Notes: generated by a model not told the origin, from the letters alone. A stretch of DNA of 64,000 nt from Nanobdellota archaeon (GCA_021162365.1 JAGGYW010000001.1:2906-66905), one strand, 5' to 3'; shown: positions 8,286 to 17,991, numbered from the stretch's first letter. A program made the numbers and translations.

Positions 8286-9518
8286 CTATTTAGCTATGAT
8301 TACCAAGCCAGTTACCCTATATCTTCCATTTGGAGAGTCAAGTGTTATTTTATTTCCAAGCTCTTTAAGATAAGTTTTATCAAGAACTGTGTACGACCAC
8401 GCACCCGAGGCAAGGTCGCTGTTCTCAAAGTAGTATAATGGACCATCATCTCCTATTTTTGCATAAATATAACCAGGTTTTATTATCTTGTCTACTCTTA
8501 TTCCAAGAATGATTTCATTCGAAGAAAGATACTCTTTTGGTATGTCAAACGCATATACTTTGTTTGTTGCTGGGGTTGAAACTGCCACAAACTCAAATTT
8601 CACAAAGGTTAGGTTGTAAACTCCACCTTTATCTGCTTCAAAAGTGATTGTGTTATCTCCGACTTTTACTCCGCTTTCATCTAATCTCTCCGTTATAGAG
8701 AAAAGCTCCTTTTCTTCAACTTTTCCCGAGAATATAATTTTTCCATTTAGTTTTACAATTAAGTCCCCGTCTCCAACAACTTTTAGAGGTATGAAAGAAA
8801 TTTTAAGTTCATTTCCTTTAATGTTTGTTTGGCCCAAAGTCACATATTTTTCGTCAACCGTTTGTTTTGGATTGTAATATGCCTGAATTATCTTTACATT
8901 AGCTGCAAGCACATTTGTTGTCCAGAATGCCCCATTATGTGTTAGCTTCAAAGCAATGGGGTTGTTCTCTTTTAGATATACTTTAGGTATGTGGATTGTT
9001 ACCATACCTGTTTTTGTGATGGTATTCTCAAATATTTTTGAGTTATTTAGCATGACAATTAAATTTGGGTTGCCCTCAAGGTAGGTGACATTTATAGAAA
9101 TTGTAACTTCCTTTGTATTTTCAAGATTTAAGTTGTCTGCAGCAAAATATGATGTGCTTCCTTTTAGAATTGATGCTTTGAGTGAAATATCTTTTTCATC
9201 TAATATTTTTTCTTCAACGGGATATGCGACATAGACATCTGGGAGACTAAACGAGAACACAGTTTCGCCAGATGAACGTCCAATTTCACTTATCTCCCCA
9301 CTGCTGAATATTAAGTATGTCCCTTCGCCAAGGGGGGATTCTGTTATCTGTGCAGAAGTTTGGTTTGGTATAGTCACATTTAGGATTCTTGCCTTCTCCT
9401 CTGGATATGCAAGGATTGTATAAATTATGAATAGTGCAGCCATACCAATTAGAATTAATGTAGCTGCATATTGGGCTTTTTTTGCCATTTTGGAGTTTTC
9501 CATGTTATTTTCTAGCAA
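8286..9518 (-). CDS. Membrane-anchored/secreted protein with possible class III (pilin-like) signal peptide
   Basis: N-terminus MAKKAQYAATLILIGMAALFIIY: basic residues, then A|Q, then a hydrophobic stretch. The ectodomain looks beta-rich. First gene of the operon. Alternative start at 9488. Confidence 0.5.
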   Translation of the reverse strand: MLENNMENSKMAKKAQYAATLILIGMAALFIIYTILAYPEEKARILNVTIPNQTSAQITESPLGEGTYLIFSSGEISEIGRSSGETVFSFSLPDVYVAYPVEEKILDEKDISLKASILKGSTSYFAADNLNLENTKEVTISINVTYLEGNPNLIVMLNNSKIFENTITKTGMVTIHIPKVYLKENNPIALKLTHNGAFWTTNVLAANVKIIQAYYNPKQTVDEKYVTLGQTNIKGNELKISFIPLKVVGDGDLIVKLNGKIIFSGKVEEKELFSITERLDESGVKVGDNTITFEADKGGVYNLTFVKFEFVAVSTPATNKVYAFDIPKEYLSSNEIILGIRVDKIIKPGYIYAKIGDDGPLYYFENSDLASGAWSYTVLDKTYLKELGNKITLDSPNGRYRVTGLVIIAK

Positions 9519-9601
9519 ATTGTTAATTAAAAAACTTACTCTATTAATGGATACTAGACAATGCCCTAAAAATAAAATAATATTTCATACTTGTTTCTTT
9601 T

Positions 9602-10630
9602 ATGCATACAGGAGTTGCAAATCTTCCTTTGCATTATGGAAAAGCACCGCGCTGGCTTTTTGATAGAATGACAAAGCTCTCCGGCGAAATTGCAGAAATT
9701 ATAGTTGATGAATACGGGCAGGATGAATTTCTTAGAAGATTGTCAGACCCTTTTTGGTTTCAGGCATTTGGTTGTGTTCTTGGTTTTGACTGGCACTCAA
9801 GCGGATTAACGACGACCGTCCTTGGCGCTTTGAAGGTTTCTCTAAATGAGAAAAATCTTGGTATTCAAGTTGCTGGTGGAAAAGGAGCAACAAGCAGGAA
9901 AACTCCAAATGAAATTGAGAACACACAATTTAACTTATCAACAAAAAAGATTGAAAAGCTCGTGAAAGCAAGTAAGCTTTCTGCAAAAGTTGACAATTCT
10001 CTTATTCAAGATGGATTTCAGCTTTATCATCACAATTTCATTTTCACAGAAAAAGGAAAGTGGACCGTCATCCAACAAGGTATGAACAATTCGTGGGCGC
10101 GTCGCTATCACTGGCTCTCGGAAGATGTAAAAACATTTGTTGAGGAACCACATAGCGCGATAATTTCTGACATGAAAAAAGAAAAGGTGCTAAATTTAAC
10201 TGCAAAGGAAAGCAAGGAAACTCGTCAGGCAACTCTCGATTTGGTTAATAGCAAGGATATCTTAACCCTTCCAAAACGGCACGAGATTTTAAAAAAAGAT
10301 TTATCCCCAAGAGCAATGAAAGTAGTGAACCTCATTTATGAATTTCAGCCTAAAAATTACGAAGAGTTAATTTCAATAAAGGGGGTTGGTCCAAAGACAA
10401 TTCGTGCGCTAACGCTAATAAGTGATTTAATATATGGGACAAAAGCAAGCTGGAGAGACCCCGTCAAGTATTCGTTTGCTCATGGTGGGAAAGATGGAAT
10501 TCCCTATCCTGTTGATAGACCTATTTATGATAAAAACATTCAAATTCTGAAAGATGCAATTGAAAATGCAAAGGTTGGTAAGAAGGAAAAATTGCTTGCA
10601 TTTAAGAGGCTGTCTGCTTTCATTAGATAA
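9602..10630 (+). CDS. DUF763-family protein with C-terminal helix-hairpin-helix
   Basis: LPLHYGKAPRWLFDRM...LSDPFWFQAFGCVLGFDWHSSGLTT is the conserved DUF763 core as I recall it. IKGVGPKTIRAL is an HhH motif. Confidence 0.55.
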   Translation: MHTGVANLPLHYGKAPRWLFDRMTKLSGEIAEIIVDEYGQDEFLRRLSDPFWFQAFGCVLGFDWHSSGLTTTVLGALKVSLNEKNLGIQVAGGKGATSRKTPNEIENTQFNLSTKKIEKLVKASKLSAKVDNSLIQDGFQLYHHNFIFTEKGKWTVIQQGMNNSWARRYHWLSEDVKTFVEEPHSAIISDMKKEKVLNLTAKESKETRQATLDLVNSKDILTLPKRHEILKKDLSPRAMKVVNLIYEFQPKNYEELISIKGVGPKTIRALTLISDLIYGTKASWRDPVKYSFAHGGKDGIPYPVDRPIYDKNIQILKDAIENAKVGKKEKLLAFKRLSAFIR

Positions 10631-10670
10631 AAATATAAGTGAAGTATGTATTATATTCATTGGGGGTATT

Positions 10671-11480
10671 GTGACTGACGTTGCACTTGAAGTATTGGCT
10701 ATATCAGACATACATTACGAGTTTCTACCCTTCTCTCCCAAGAAGACTATTGAAAGGATGGTAACTACCGAACTTCCCGATGTTGTTGTGAACCATGGGG
10801 ACAACTCAGGCAAATATGGGGCAAGGGTTAGACAGCTGATGGGTGATGTTCCTTACTTATCCGTTCTTGGGAATCATGATGCTATTGGACTAGAAATAAA
10901 TTTGCCAAGCAAGCCAAATAAGTTCCTTTTTGGAGAAATGTCTGTTAGGGACAAGAGGGTTGCCAGAAGATATGGCTATGGTGTATTTAATGATAAACAC
11001 TTCTTTTCTCCGATAAAGTTGGACTCAAAGACTTCTGAGTTTCGCATGTATATTTCATCCATTAGAACAGACATAGGTAATGTAGGTATAATCTATAGAC
11101 ATTATCCTTTCTTTTTTGACAAAGGGAGAGATGTCGAAATTGCAGTCCGCACGATTCAGGATTATAACCTTGAAGCACTATATGTTATCTCAGGGCATTT
11201 GCATATGACTTCCTTAAGGATAAAGGGGATTCAAAAGGACATTCGTATAGAAGATACAAAAGTTCCAGTTTGTAGTATCATCCTCCCACCATTTACAAGA
11301 AATGATACAGAATTTTATGCAGCAACGTATAAACTCGAGTTTCTTTATGATGGCTCCCTTAACTTGAGGGAACGCTACATCAAAAGGGGTGTTGTAAGGG
11401 AAAAATCATTTGGAAACATTTTTGGGGAAATCGATTTAGAAACAGAAATAGAAAAGGGTGAGCTTCTTGTCAGAGCTTAA
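10671..11480 (+). CDS. Calcineurin-like metallophosphoesterase
   Basis: ISDIH, HGDN, GNHD and GHLH motifs are in order. A GTG at 10671 preceded by GGGGG is preferred; the tracked ATG at 10554 lies inside the DUF763 gene. Confidence 0.6.
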   Translation: MTDVALEVLAISDIHYEFLPFSPKKTIERMVTTELPDVVVNHGDNSGKYGARVRQLMGDVPYLSVLGNHDAIGLEINLPSKPNKFLFGEMSVRDKRVARRYGYGVFNDKHFFSPIKLDSKTSEFRMYISSIRTDIGNVGIIYRHYPFFFDKGRDVEIAVRTIQDYNLEALYVISGHLHMTSLRIKGIQKDIRIEDTKVPVCSIILPPFTRNDTEFYAATYKLEFLYDGSLNLRERYIKRGVVREKSFGNIFGEIDLETEIEKGELLVRA

Positions 11481-11802
11481 TATAGTTGTTCTAAAAGAAG
11501 AATTTGAAAATTTGCCTAGTGATTTTTACAAAATTATTCTTACTTTAGAAGATATGATCAATATAAACCCAACTTCAAGAACGTACATCTTAGGTAAACC
11601 ATTTGAATTAACGATTGAAGGAAAAAATTTGTATGTGGATCCAGAAAAAAAGGTTTTATCTGTTGGCGATGTTGAGGTTCCTTTGAACGATCCAGTGACA
11701 TACATCCAACTTGTTAATGGAAATGTTCATTGGGACAACTATTCTTCTATTGACACTTTTATCGAAGAGTATGGAATTAGTGGACAAAACCCCAAAGATT
11801 AA
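11458..11802 (+). CDS. Hypothetical protein
   Basis: 114-aa ORF co-directional with its neighbours. No motif recognised. Confidence 0.35.
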   Translation: MSFLSELNIVVLKEEFENLPSDFYKIILTLEDMININPTSRTYILGKPFELTIEGKNLYVDPEKKVLSVGDVEVPLNDPVTYIQLVNGNVHWDNYSSIDTFIEEYGISGQNPKD

Positions 11803-12721
11803 AAATGGAATTTTCTTTTCACATTTTATGTTTTACTACTTTAGTTTATTGAAGGCAAAGAAGAAACTCAAAAGTTTAGAAGAAGAAATCGAAGGGGAAG
11901 TAAAGAAAGTTAATCCCAATTTGTCACATAGCACCACTTTAATTTCGATAGGATTAATTGCTCCAGTCGCACTTTACTACACATTACCACAAGAGGAAAG
12001 AAAACGACTTGAAAACAATTTTGAAGATTATATTCATATGATGGCATATGGGCTTTTCTCAGGCGATTTAGAAGACAGATTAAATGATGAATCAGAAGAC
12101 GAAGATTTAAGGAAATCCATAGAAAAACTAAGGGTTGACTTTTCCAAAAAGGCAAAGAAAATAGCTAAGAAATATGGTATTCTTGACATGTTTAATAATG
12201 CCGAGTCAATTTCAAGAAAGTTTCAGGAGAAAGAGCTTGTGTATTCAAAAAAACTAAAGGATGGGGATTATTCATTTATCTTAGAATTGTTTAAGGAAGA
12301 TGACACTTTAGGGAATCTAACTTACGGAAGGGTTGGTATCCTTTTTGAATTTGGGGTTGACGCAGCATATGAGATATTTCTTAAAGGAACAAAATACAAA
12401 GATTTGAGGGATACACTTAGGAAGTGGGCAGTTTATTTGGCAGCAGCTTTGCAAGAGGGATATGATGATATAAACGATTTCGAAGATGATTTGGAGAATT
12501 ACAAACCAACGCCAATTGTCCTACGAAGTTTCTACCTAAAAGCAATTAGAGGTAGTAATTCAAAAGAGCTTAGCGAGAACGAAATTAACTATGGAATTAT
12601 AAGCACCACATCGCAAGTTGAATTTTACCTTATACAAGTTGAAGATATGAAATTACCTAAGGTATTAAAGATTATAACTAAAAGCGCTGCAAGTAAGATA
12701 AGAAGAGGTATATACGAATGA
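11771..12721 (+). CDS. Hypothetical acidic/helical protein
   Basis: Long ORF whose end overlaps the Hel308 start (ATGA). Start is uncertain (11711, 11771 or 11828). No motif recognised. Confidence 0.4.
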   Translation: MELVDKTPKIKNGIFFSHFMFYYFSLLKAKKKLKSLEEEIEGEVKKVNPNLSHSTTLISIGLIAPVALYYTLPQEERKRLENNFEDYIHMMAYGLFSGDLEDRLNDESEDEDLRKSIEKLRVDFSKKAKKIAKKYGILDMFNNAESISRKFQEKELVYSKKLKDGDYSFILELFKEDDTLGNLTYGRVGILFEFGVDAAYEIFLKGTKYKDLRDTLRKWAVYLAAALQEGYDDINDFEDDLENYKPTPIVLRSFYLKAIRGSNSKELSENEINYGIISTTSQVEFYLIQVEDMKLPKVLKIITKSAASKIRRGIYE

Positions 12722-14823
12722 AGCTCTTAGATATCAAAGATAAAATTCCTAAGGAACTTTATGACAAGTTAAGCATAGAAGAATTTCGCCCGCCGCAAGA
12801 ATTGGCAATTAAGAAAGGGCTTTTGGATGGAAAAAACTTAGTTGTTGCAAGCCCAACGGCATCTGGGAAAACTTTGGTTGCAGAGATTGCAATTGTGAAC
12901 AACATTTTAAAAAAGGGTGGCAAGGCAATTTACCTTACACCATTGAAATCTCTCGCTTCTGAAAAATATAACGAGTTCAAAGAAAAGTATCCATTCCTAA
13001 ATGTAATGCTTTCGATAGGAGATTATGACTCAAGTGATCCATGGCTTCAAAAAGCAGACATAATTGTTTGTTCAAATGAAAAGCTTGATTCTCTCATGAG
13101 ACACAACATCCCTTGGATTCGGGAAGTAAACACAATTGTAATTGACGAAATTCATGTTTTAGACCAGCCAGATAGAGGACCAACTCTTGAAATACTAATC
13201 ACGCGACTTAAAGAGTTTTGCAAGAACGCACAAATAATTGCCCTCTCTGCTACAATTCAAAATGCAAAGGAATTGGCAGAGTGGCTAAACGCAAATCTTG
13301 TAAAAAGCAACTATCGCCCTGTCGAGCTCGAGTATGGTGTTTATCTTGATGGCAAACTTTACTTCGAAGACAAAGTTAAGAATTTGCCGGAAGCAAAAAC
13401 ACCAGAACATCAGATTATCAAAGATACTTTAGATATGAAAAAGCAAATTCTTGTTTTTCTTTCAAGCAGAAGGAACGCAGAAGCAGTTGCAAAAAACGCA
13501 AAATTAGTTGTTGAAAAATACTTAACAAGAGAAGAAAAAGAAAAACTTGAGAAGTTAAGCAATGAAATTTTGCATGTTTTAGAATCTCCGACAAGGCAGT
13601 GTGAAATTTTAAGCGAATGTGTAAAATGTGGAACTGCATTTCATCATGCAGGTCTTGTTGGAAAGCAGCAAAGAATGATTGAAGATGCATTTAAGCAGGG
13701 ATTAATTAAATTGATTTCCGCGACGCCAACACTTTCTTTTGGAGTAAATCTCCCGAGCCACACCGTTCTTGTAAGGGACTTAAAAAGATATTCTCCTGAT
13801 TATGGAAGCAATTGGATTCCTGTTTTGGAAGTTCAGCAGATGTTTGGAAGAGCCGGCCGCCCGAAATTTGATAGAGAAGGTAGAGCTTTGATGATTGCTC
13901 GCTCTGAGATTGAAAAAGATGAAATCTTTGAAAAATATGTCAAGGGTGACCCAGAAGAAATTTATTCCAAGCTTTCAGCAGAGCCGATTTTAAGAATGCA
14001 GGTTTTGGGATTAATTGCAAGCGGTGAAGTTTCAAGCAAGGAAAATCTTTTGAAATTTTTCTCAAAGACATTTTTTGCAAAACAGTATGCTGACTTAGAA
14101 AAAATCGAAGTGAAACTTGACAAAGTAATTGAGTTACTTTTGGGGTATGGTTTTATAACAATTGATAGAAATAAGTTGCTCCCGACGCAAATTGGAAAGA
14201 GAGTTGCGGAATTATACATAGATCCAGAGTCAGCACACTTGCTGATTGAGAAAATAAAGCAGAAAAGAAAAAGCGAAATGTTTTGGCTTCATTCGATTTG
14301 TTCATGTACAGAAATGTTTCCATTGCTAAGGGTTTCTCCAAAAGAATTTACTGACTTGCAAAAAATGTACCTTGACTTTTCAAGTGAGTTAGATGAGCCA
14401 AGCCCGTGGGAATTAGATTACGAAATTTGGATTCGCGCCTTTAAAACCTCTCTCATGCTTTTTGATTGGATAAATGAAAAAACAGAGGCAAGAATTCTTG
14501 AAGAATATAAGGAAACGCCAGGTGTTTTAAGAAATCGACTTTATATTGCTGACTGGCTTCTCTACTCTGCGTATGAGCTTGCAAGAATATTAAAAGCAAA
14601 AGAGTTGCTTCTCCCTCTTAATAAGTTGCGCCTTAGGGTTAAGAATGGAGTTAAAGAAGAACTACTTAATCTTCTTCAGCTTGAAGGTATTGGCAGAGTT
14701 AGAGCAAGAAAACTTTATCGCGCCGGCATAAAGAAGATTTCTGATATTAGAAAGGCACCACAAGAAAAGCTTGCAGGAATCTTAGGTCCAAAAATAGCAA
14801 TAAAAATAAAGAAACAAGTTTAA
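12718..14823 (+). CDS. hel308: Ski2-like DNA helicase Hel308/Hjm
   Basis: Walker A SPTASGKT, DEIH box, SAT and GRAGRP motifs, C-terminal HhH (LEGIGRVRARKL), about 700 aa. Confidence 0.85.
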   Translation: MKLLDIKDKIPKELYDKLSIEEFRPPQELAIKKGLLDGKNLVVASPTASGKTLVAEIAIVNNILKKGGKAIYLTPLKSLASEKYNEFKEKYPFLNVMLSIGDYDSSDPWLQKADIIVCSNEKLDSLMRHNIPWIREVNTIVIDEIHVLDQPDRGPTLEILITRLKEFCKNAQIIALSATIQNAKELAEWLNANLVKSNYRPVELEYGVYLDGKLYFEDKVKNLPEAKTPEHQIIKDTLDMKKQILVFLSSRRNAEAVAKNAKLVVEKYLTREEKEKLEKLSNEILHVLESPTRQCEILSECVKCGTAFHHAGLVGKQQRMIEDAFKQGLIKLISATPTLSFGVNLPSHTVLVRDLKRYSPDYGSNWIPVLEVQQMFGRAGRPKFDREGRALMIARSEIEKDEIFEKYVKGDPEEIYSKLSAEPILRMQVLGLIASGEVSSKENLLKFFSKTFFAKQYADLEKIEVKLDKVIELLLGYGFITIDRNKLLPTQIGKRVAELYIDPESAHLLIEKIKQKRKSEMFWLHSICSCTEMFPLLRVSPKEFTDLQKMYLDFSSELDEPSPWELDYEIWIRAFKTSLMLFDWINEKTEARILEEYKETPGVLRNRLYIADWLLYSAYELARILKAKELLLPLNKLRLRVKNGVKEELLNLLQLEGIGRVRARKLYRAGIKKISDIRKAPQEKLAGILGPKIAIKIKKQV

Positions 14824-16701
14824 CTACCATCTTCCATATAGTTTAACTGCTCTTTCAAATATGTGTTCTTCTGACAATCCATATTTCTTAATTAGCTCTT
14901 CCGGTTTTCCAGATTCTGCAAATGTATCTTTGACGCCCATTTTGAAGAATGGAACATCGTTTGGTAATACATCCCTTACTGCGTCGCCAAGCCCACCAAT
15001 TACACTATGGTCTTCAACAGTTAGAATTGCATCAGTTCTATTTGCTAAATATTGTATTAGTTCTTCATCAATTGGTTTAATGGTTGGCATGTTGGCAACA
15101 TATGCACTGATGTCTTCTTCTATTTCAAGTCTTTTGGCAGCATTTAATGCTCTAAACACCATATCCCCTGTAGCAATAATTGCAATATCTTCTCCTTCTC
15201 GTAGAATTTCTCCCTTTCCAATTTTGAATTCGTAGCTGTTATGATGGATTACTGGCAAGTTGGCCCTATACATCCTTATGTAAACCGGACCATTATGACT
15301 TAATGTAGCTTCAACTGCTTTTGCCATCTCAACTGCATCGCTTGGATTAATCACTGTCATATTTGGCAAGACACGCATTAATGCAATATCTTCAAGTGGG
15401 ATGTGGGATGCACCATCCTCCCCTGTTATTAATCCGCCGTGCGAGCCAGCAATTACAACAGGTAAGTTAGAATATGCAACTGAATTTCTTATTTGGTCAT
15501 ATGTTCTTCCAGTTGCAAAAACTGCAAATGTTGATGCAAATGGTCGCTTACCACATGTAGCAAATCCAGCTGCAGTTCCAATCATGTCTGCTTCTGAAAT
15601 TCCCATGTTAAAGAATCTGTCTGGGTATTTTTCTCCGAATTTCTTTGATTGAGTTGAGCTTGCCAAGTCTGCATCAAGAACAACAATTTCTGGGAATGCA
15701 TCTCCAAGCGCAGCTAATGTTATCCCATATGCAACTCTTGTTTTTACCATACTCCCTCTTTCAAATGTTGGAAGTTCGTATGATTCTCTTTCTGGTTCAG
15801 TCTCTATTGATTTTGGTGGGGTTTTTACCTTTAGTGAAATGGTTGGTTTAATTTTGAGCGATTCCAATACAGCATTTATTTCATTTAGTGCTATTTCTTT
15901 TTGTTCTTCGTTTGGTGCTTTTCCGTGCCATCCGACTTCATTTTCCATGAAGGAAACTCCCTTACCTTTGGTTGTTTGAGCAATTATAATTGTTGGTACA
16001 TCTTTTGTGTTTCTTGCTTCGTCAAATGCTCTAATTAGCTTGTAGAAGTCATGCCCATCTACAACAAGTGTATTCCAACCAAAAGCTTCCCATTTTTCTT
16101 TTACAGGTTTTATATTCATTACCTCGCTTACTTTTCCATCAATTTGCAAGTGATTATAATCTAATATTGCACATAGATTATCAAGTTTGTAATTTCCTGC
16201 AGTCATTGCAGCCTCCCAAACCTGTCCTTCTTGAATTTCTCCATCTCCTAAGAGAACATAAACTCTGTAACCTCTTTTGTCTAATTTTCCGGCAAGTGCA
16301 ATCCCATTTGCAACAGATAGACCTTGTCCAAGAGAACCAGTGGAGATTTCTACATACGGCAGAAACGCAGATGAGGGATGTCCTTGCAATCTGCTTCCTA
16401 TCTTTCTTAAAGTTTTTAGCTCTTCAATTGGAATGAGTCCTGCCTCTGCAAGAACAGCATAAAGCGCTGGAGCCGCATGGCCTTTTGATAGTATAAATCT
16501 ATCTCTATTTAGATTGTTCCTTTCGTATCTCATTACATGGAAATAAAGTGCAGTTATAATATCTGTGGCAGAAAGAGAACCTCCTGGATGACCCGAGCCA
16601 GCTTCATATGTCATCTCAATTATATGTTTTCTTACTTTTGCTGCTGTTAGTTCTAAAGAATTAACTAATTTTTCAAGAGATTCATCTGGAACCAATTTCA
16701 C
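14824..16701 (-). CDS. tkt: Transketolase (N- and C-terminal halves fused in one ORF)
   Basis: SGHPGGSLS and the GDGEIQEG ThDP motif are in the N-half. The C-half is a pyrimidine-binding/transketolase domain. The halves are joined by a linker around [14 protein letters not shown]. Confidence 0.8.
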   Translation of the reverse strand: MKLVPDESLEKLVNSLELTAAKVRKHIIEMTYEAGSGHPGGSLSATDIITALYFHVMRYERNNLNRDRFILSKGHAAPALYAVLAEAGLIPIEELKTLRKIGSRLQGHPSSAFLPYVEISTGSLGQGLSVANGIALAGKLDKRGYRVYVLLGDGEIQEGQVWEAAMTAGNYKLDNLCAILDYNHLQIDGKVSEVMNIKPVKEKWEAFGWNTLVVDGHDFYKLIRAFDEARNTKDVPTIIIAQTTKGKGVSFMENEVGWHGKAPNEEQKEIALNEINAVLESLKIKPTISLKVKTPPKSIETEPERESYELPTFERGSMVKTRVAYGITLAALGDAFPEIVVLDADLASSTQSKKFGEKYPDRFFNMGISEADMIGTAAGFATCGKRPFASTFAVFATGRTYDQIRNSVAYSNLPVVIAGSHGGLITGEDGASHIPLEDIALMRVLPNMTVINPSDAVEMAKAVEATLSHNGPVYIRMYRANLPVIHHNSYEFKIGKGEILREGEDIAIIATGDMVFRALNAAKRLEIEEDISAYVANMPTIKPIDEELIQYLANRTDAILTVEDHSVIGGLGDAVRDVLPNDVPFFKMGVKDTFAESGKPEELIKKYGLSEEHIFERAVKLYGRW

Positions 16702-16770
16702 ACCCCCAGGTTTTAAAGTTAGAGTTTGTTTTTAAACTTTATTGTATTTTGTTAACTACATAGTTACGAA

Positions 16771-16784
16771 TAATTTATTAATAT
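16771..16784 (+). promoter_or_regulatory. TATA-box candidate for tRNA-Pro
   Basis: TAATTTATTAATAT is centred about 30 nt upstream of tRNA nucleotide 1 (16808). Confidence 0.4.
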
Positions 16785-16807
16785 CAGTTTTGATAATTCT
16801 TTCGTGT

Positions 16808-17066
16808 GGGGCCGTGGTCTAGAAACCCTTTCTTCCCGAAGAAAGCGTTTACGGAAAGAAGGGAAAGTTGGACAACTTGGTCTAGGATGCGTGCCTGGGG
16901 GCACCCTTTCCGCCTTCTTTAGAAAAGAAGGTAGGTTGCCAAGAAAGGGAAAGAAAGGGTAGTCCGGAACGCACGTGGTCCCGAGTAAGCCTTTTCTTTG
17001 GAAAGAAAAGCCTTAAGGGAAAAGAAACCAGGATGGGCTTCGGGAGTTCAAATCTCGGCGGCCCCA
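16808..17066 (+). tRNA. tRNA-Pro (GGG) with three introns (D-loop, anticodon loop, T-arm 53/54)
   Basis: Acceptor GGGGCCG/CGGCCCC+A. D stem GTCT/GGAT. Anticodon stem CGTGC/GCACG with loop CTGGGG. T arm CCGAG-TTCAAAT-CTCGG. Approximate introns 16823-16878, 16901-16969 and 16986-17046 leave a 73-nt mature tRNA. Confidence 0.8.
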
Positions 17067-17114
17067 CTCCATAAATTTTAAATGCATAGAAAAACTTATT
17101 CTCAAGTGTTTAAA

Positions 17115-17987
17115 ATGAAGGATAAGCTTCCTATCGTAGCAGTAATAATTTTATCTGTTATAGTTATAGCAAGCTATATCTCTCCTATAAGTAACTGGAA
17201 CTCAAAGCAGATTTCTAATATATCTGTGGGTAGTAATTACTGCTTTTCTGTGATTGGGGACATTAATGGGGACTTTCCATTGCTTGAAGATTTTCTTTCT
17301 TCTGCTGCCCCAACAAATAGATTTGTGTTTGTAGATGGGAATTTCATTAATTTGAATTTGGGTGGAGAATACCTACTTCTTTCGCATGTATTAAATAAAA
17401 TTAATATACCAACAATTTTTGTAATTGGTGAAAATGAGGTAAGTGCGGGTAGCAGTTATATGTATCGGTCTGTATTTGGTGCGCCTTATTTCTCATTTAA
17501 GATTGCCGACACTTTGTTTGTTGTTGTGGATAATAGCTTGGGTAGTGTAGATGTTGATCAATACAACTGGCTCAGTAATACCCTAACAAATAATTCAAGG
17601 AGGAAGATAGTAATTATGAATAATCCAATTATTAATCCATGGATGAGCGAATATGAAACACCGGATGGGAAAGTTTTAGATTACTTGTTTAAAGAAAAGA
17701 ATGTTTCACTGGTTGTTTCATCTAATGATGAATTCGCTGTTTTTATGAAGGATGGAGTTAAGTATGTGAATTTGGGTAGTAATGAAAAAAATGTTACATA
17801 TACAAGAGTTTGCGTTGGAGGAAATGGATTGGATGTTTTCATTGGCCATATTGAAAGAAAGGATGGATTTAGAGAATTTATTTATACAAGTTTAATCCCC
17901 GGACTTTTTATAATATGTAAAGCTTTGCTTCTTGCATTAGTGCTTCATTTTTCTGTTAAAATTCTAAGAAGGGAATTTGCAAGGTGA
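17115..17987 (+). CDS. Membrane-anchored metallophosphoesterase-like protein with degenerate active-site motifs
   Basis: Fold-order motifs are present but substituted: VIGDINGD (canonical GDxHG), VDGNF (GDxxDRG), GENE (GNHE/D). Hydrophobic segments at both termini. The tracked start 17082 abuts the tRNA, so ATG 17115 is preferred. Confidence 0.5.
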   Translation: MKDKLPIVAVIILSVIVIASYISPISNWNSKQISNISVGSNYCFSVIGDINGDFPLLEDFLSSAAPTNRFVFVDGNFINLNLGGEYLLLSHVLNKINIPTIFVIGENEVSAGSSYMYRSVFGAPYFSFKIADTLFVVVDNSLGSVDVDQYNWLSNTLTNNSRRKIVIMNNPIINPWMSEYETPDGKVLDYLFKEKNVSLVVSSNDEFAVFMKDGVKYVNLGSNEKNVTYTRVCVGGNGLDVFIGHIERKDGFREFIYTSLIPGLFIICKALLLALVLHFSVKILRREFAR

Positions 17988-17991
17988 TAAA

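Noticed and set aside
10554-10670. Tracked ATG start at 10554 for the metallophosphoesterase
   Set aside because: The first 39 codons overlap the end of the DUF763 gene in another frame and encode a Cys/Leu/Arg-rich non-conserved stretch. The domain begins right after the GTG at 10671.
16839-16860. Idea that the second purine tract is an alternative Watson-Crick partner of the pyrimidine arm (a two-state hairpin switch)
   Set aside because: Pu2 is the same-direction complement of the pyrimidine arm (a mirror of Pu1), not its reverse complement. Antiparallel Watson-Crick pairing with the pyrimidine arm is therefore impossible except by chance symmetry.
16816-16885. GGTCTAG...GGTCTAG flanking the tRNA-Pro D-loop intron as a target-site duplication
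   Set aside because: Both copies are needed to build the mature D arm: the first gives GTCT+AG and the second gives the GG of the D-loop plus the 3' stem context. Removing one copy leaves no viable D arm.
16882-17067. Tracked ORFs overlapping the tRNA loci (16882-17067 minus, 22623-22814 minus, 22843-23106 minus, 24477-24803 and 24574-24795 plus)
   Set aside because: They lie entirely on tRNA exons and introns, which assemble into complete cloverleaves. Their translations are low-complexity and follow the purine/pyrimidine tracts.
17066-17071. Genomically encoded CCA on tRNA-Pro (ACTCCA)
   Set aside because: The sequence after the discriminator is CTCCA, not CCA. It is most likely coincidental, with CCA added post-transcriptionally.
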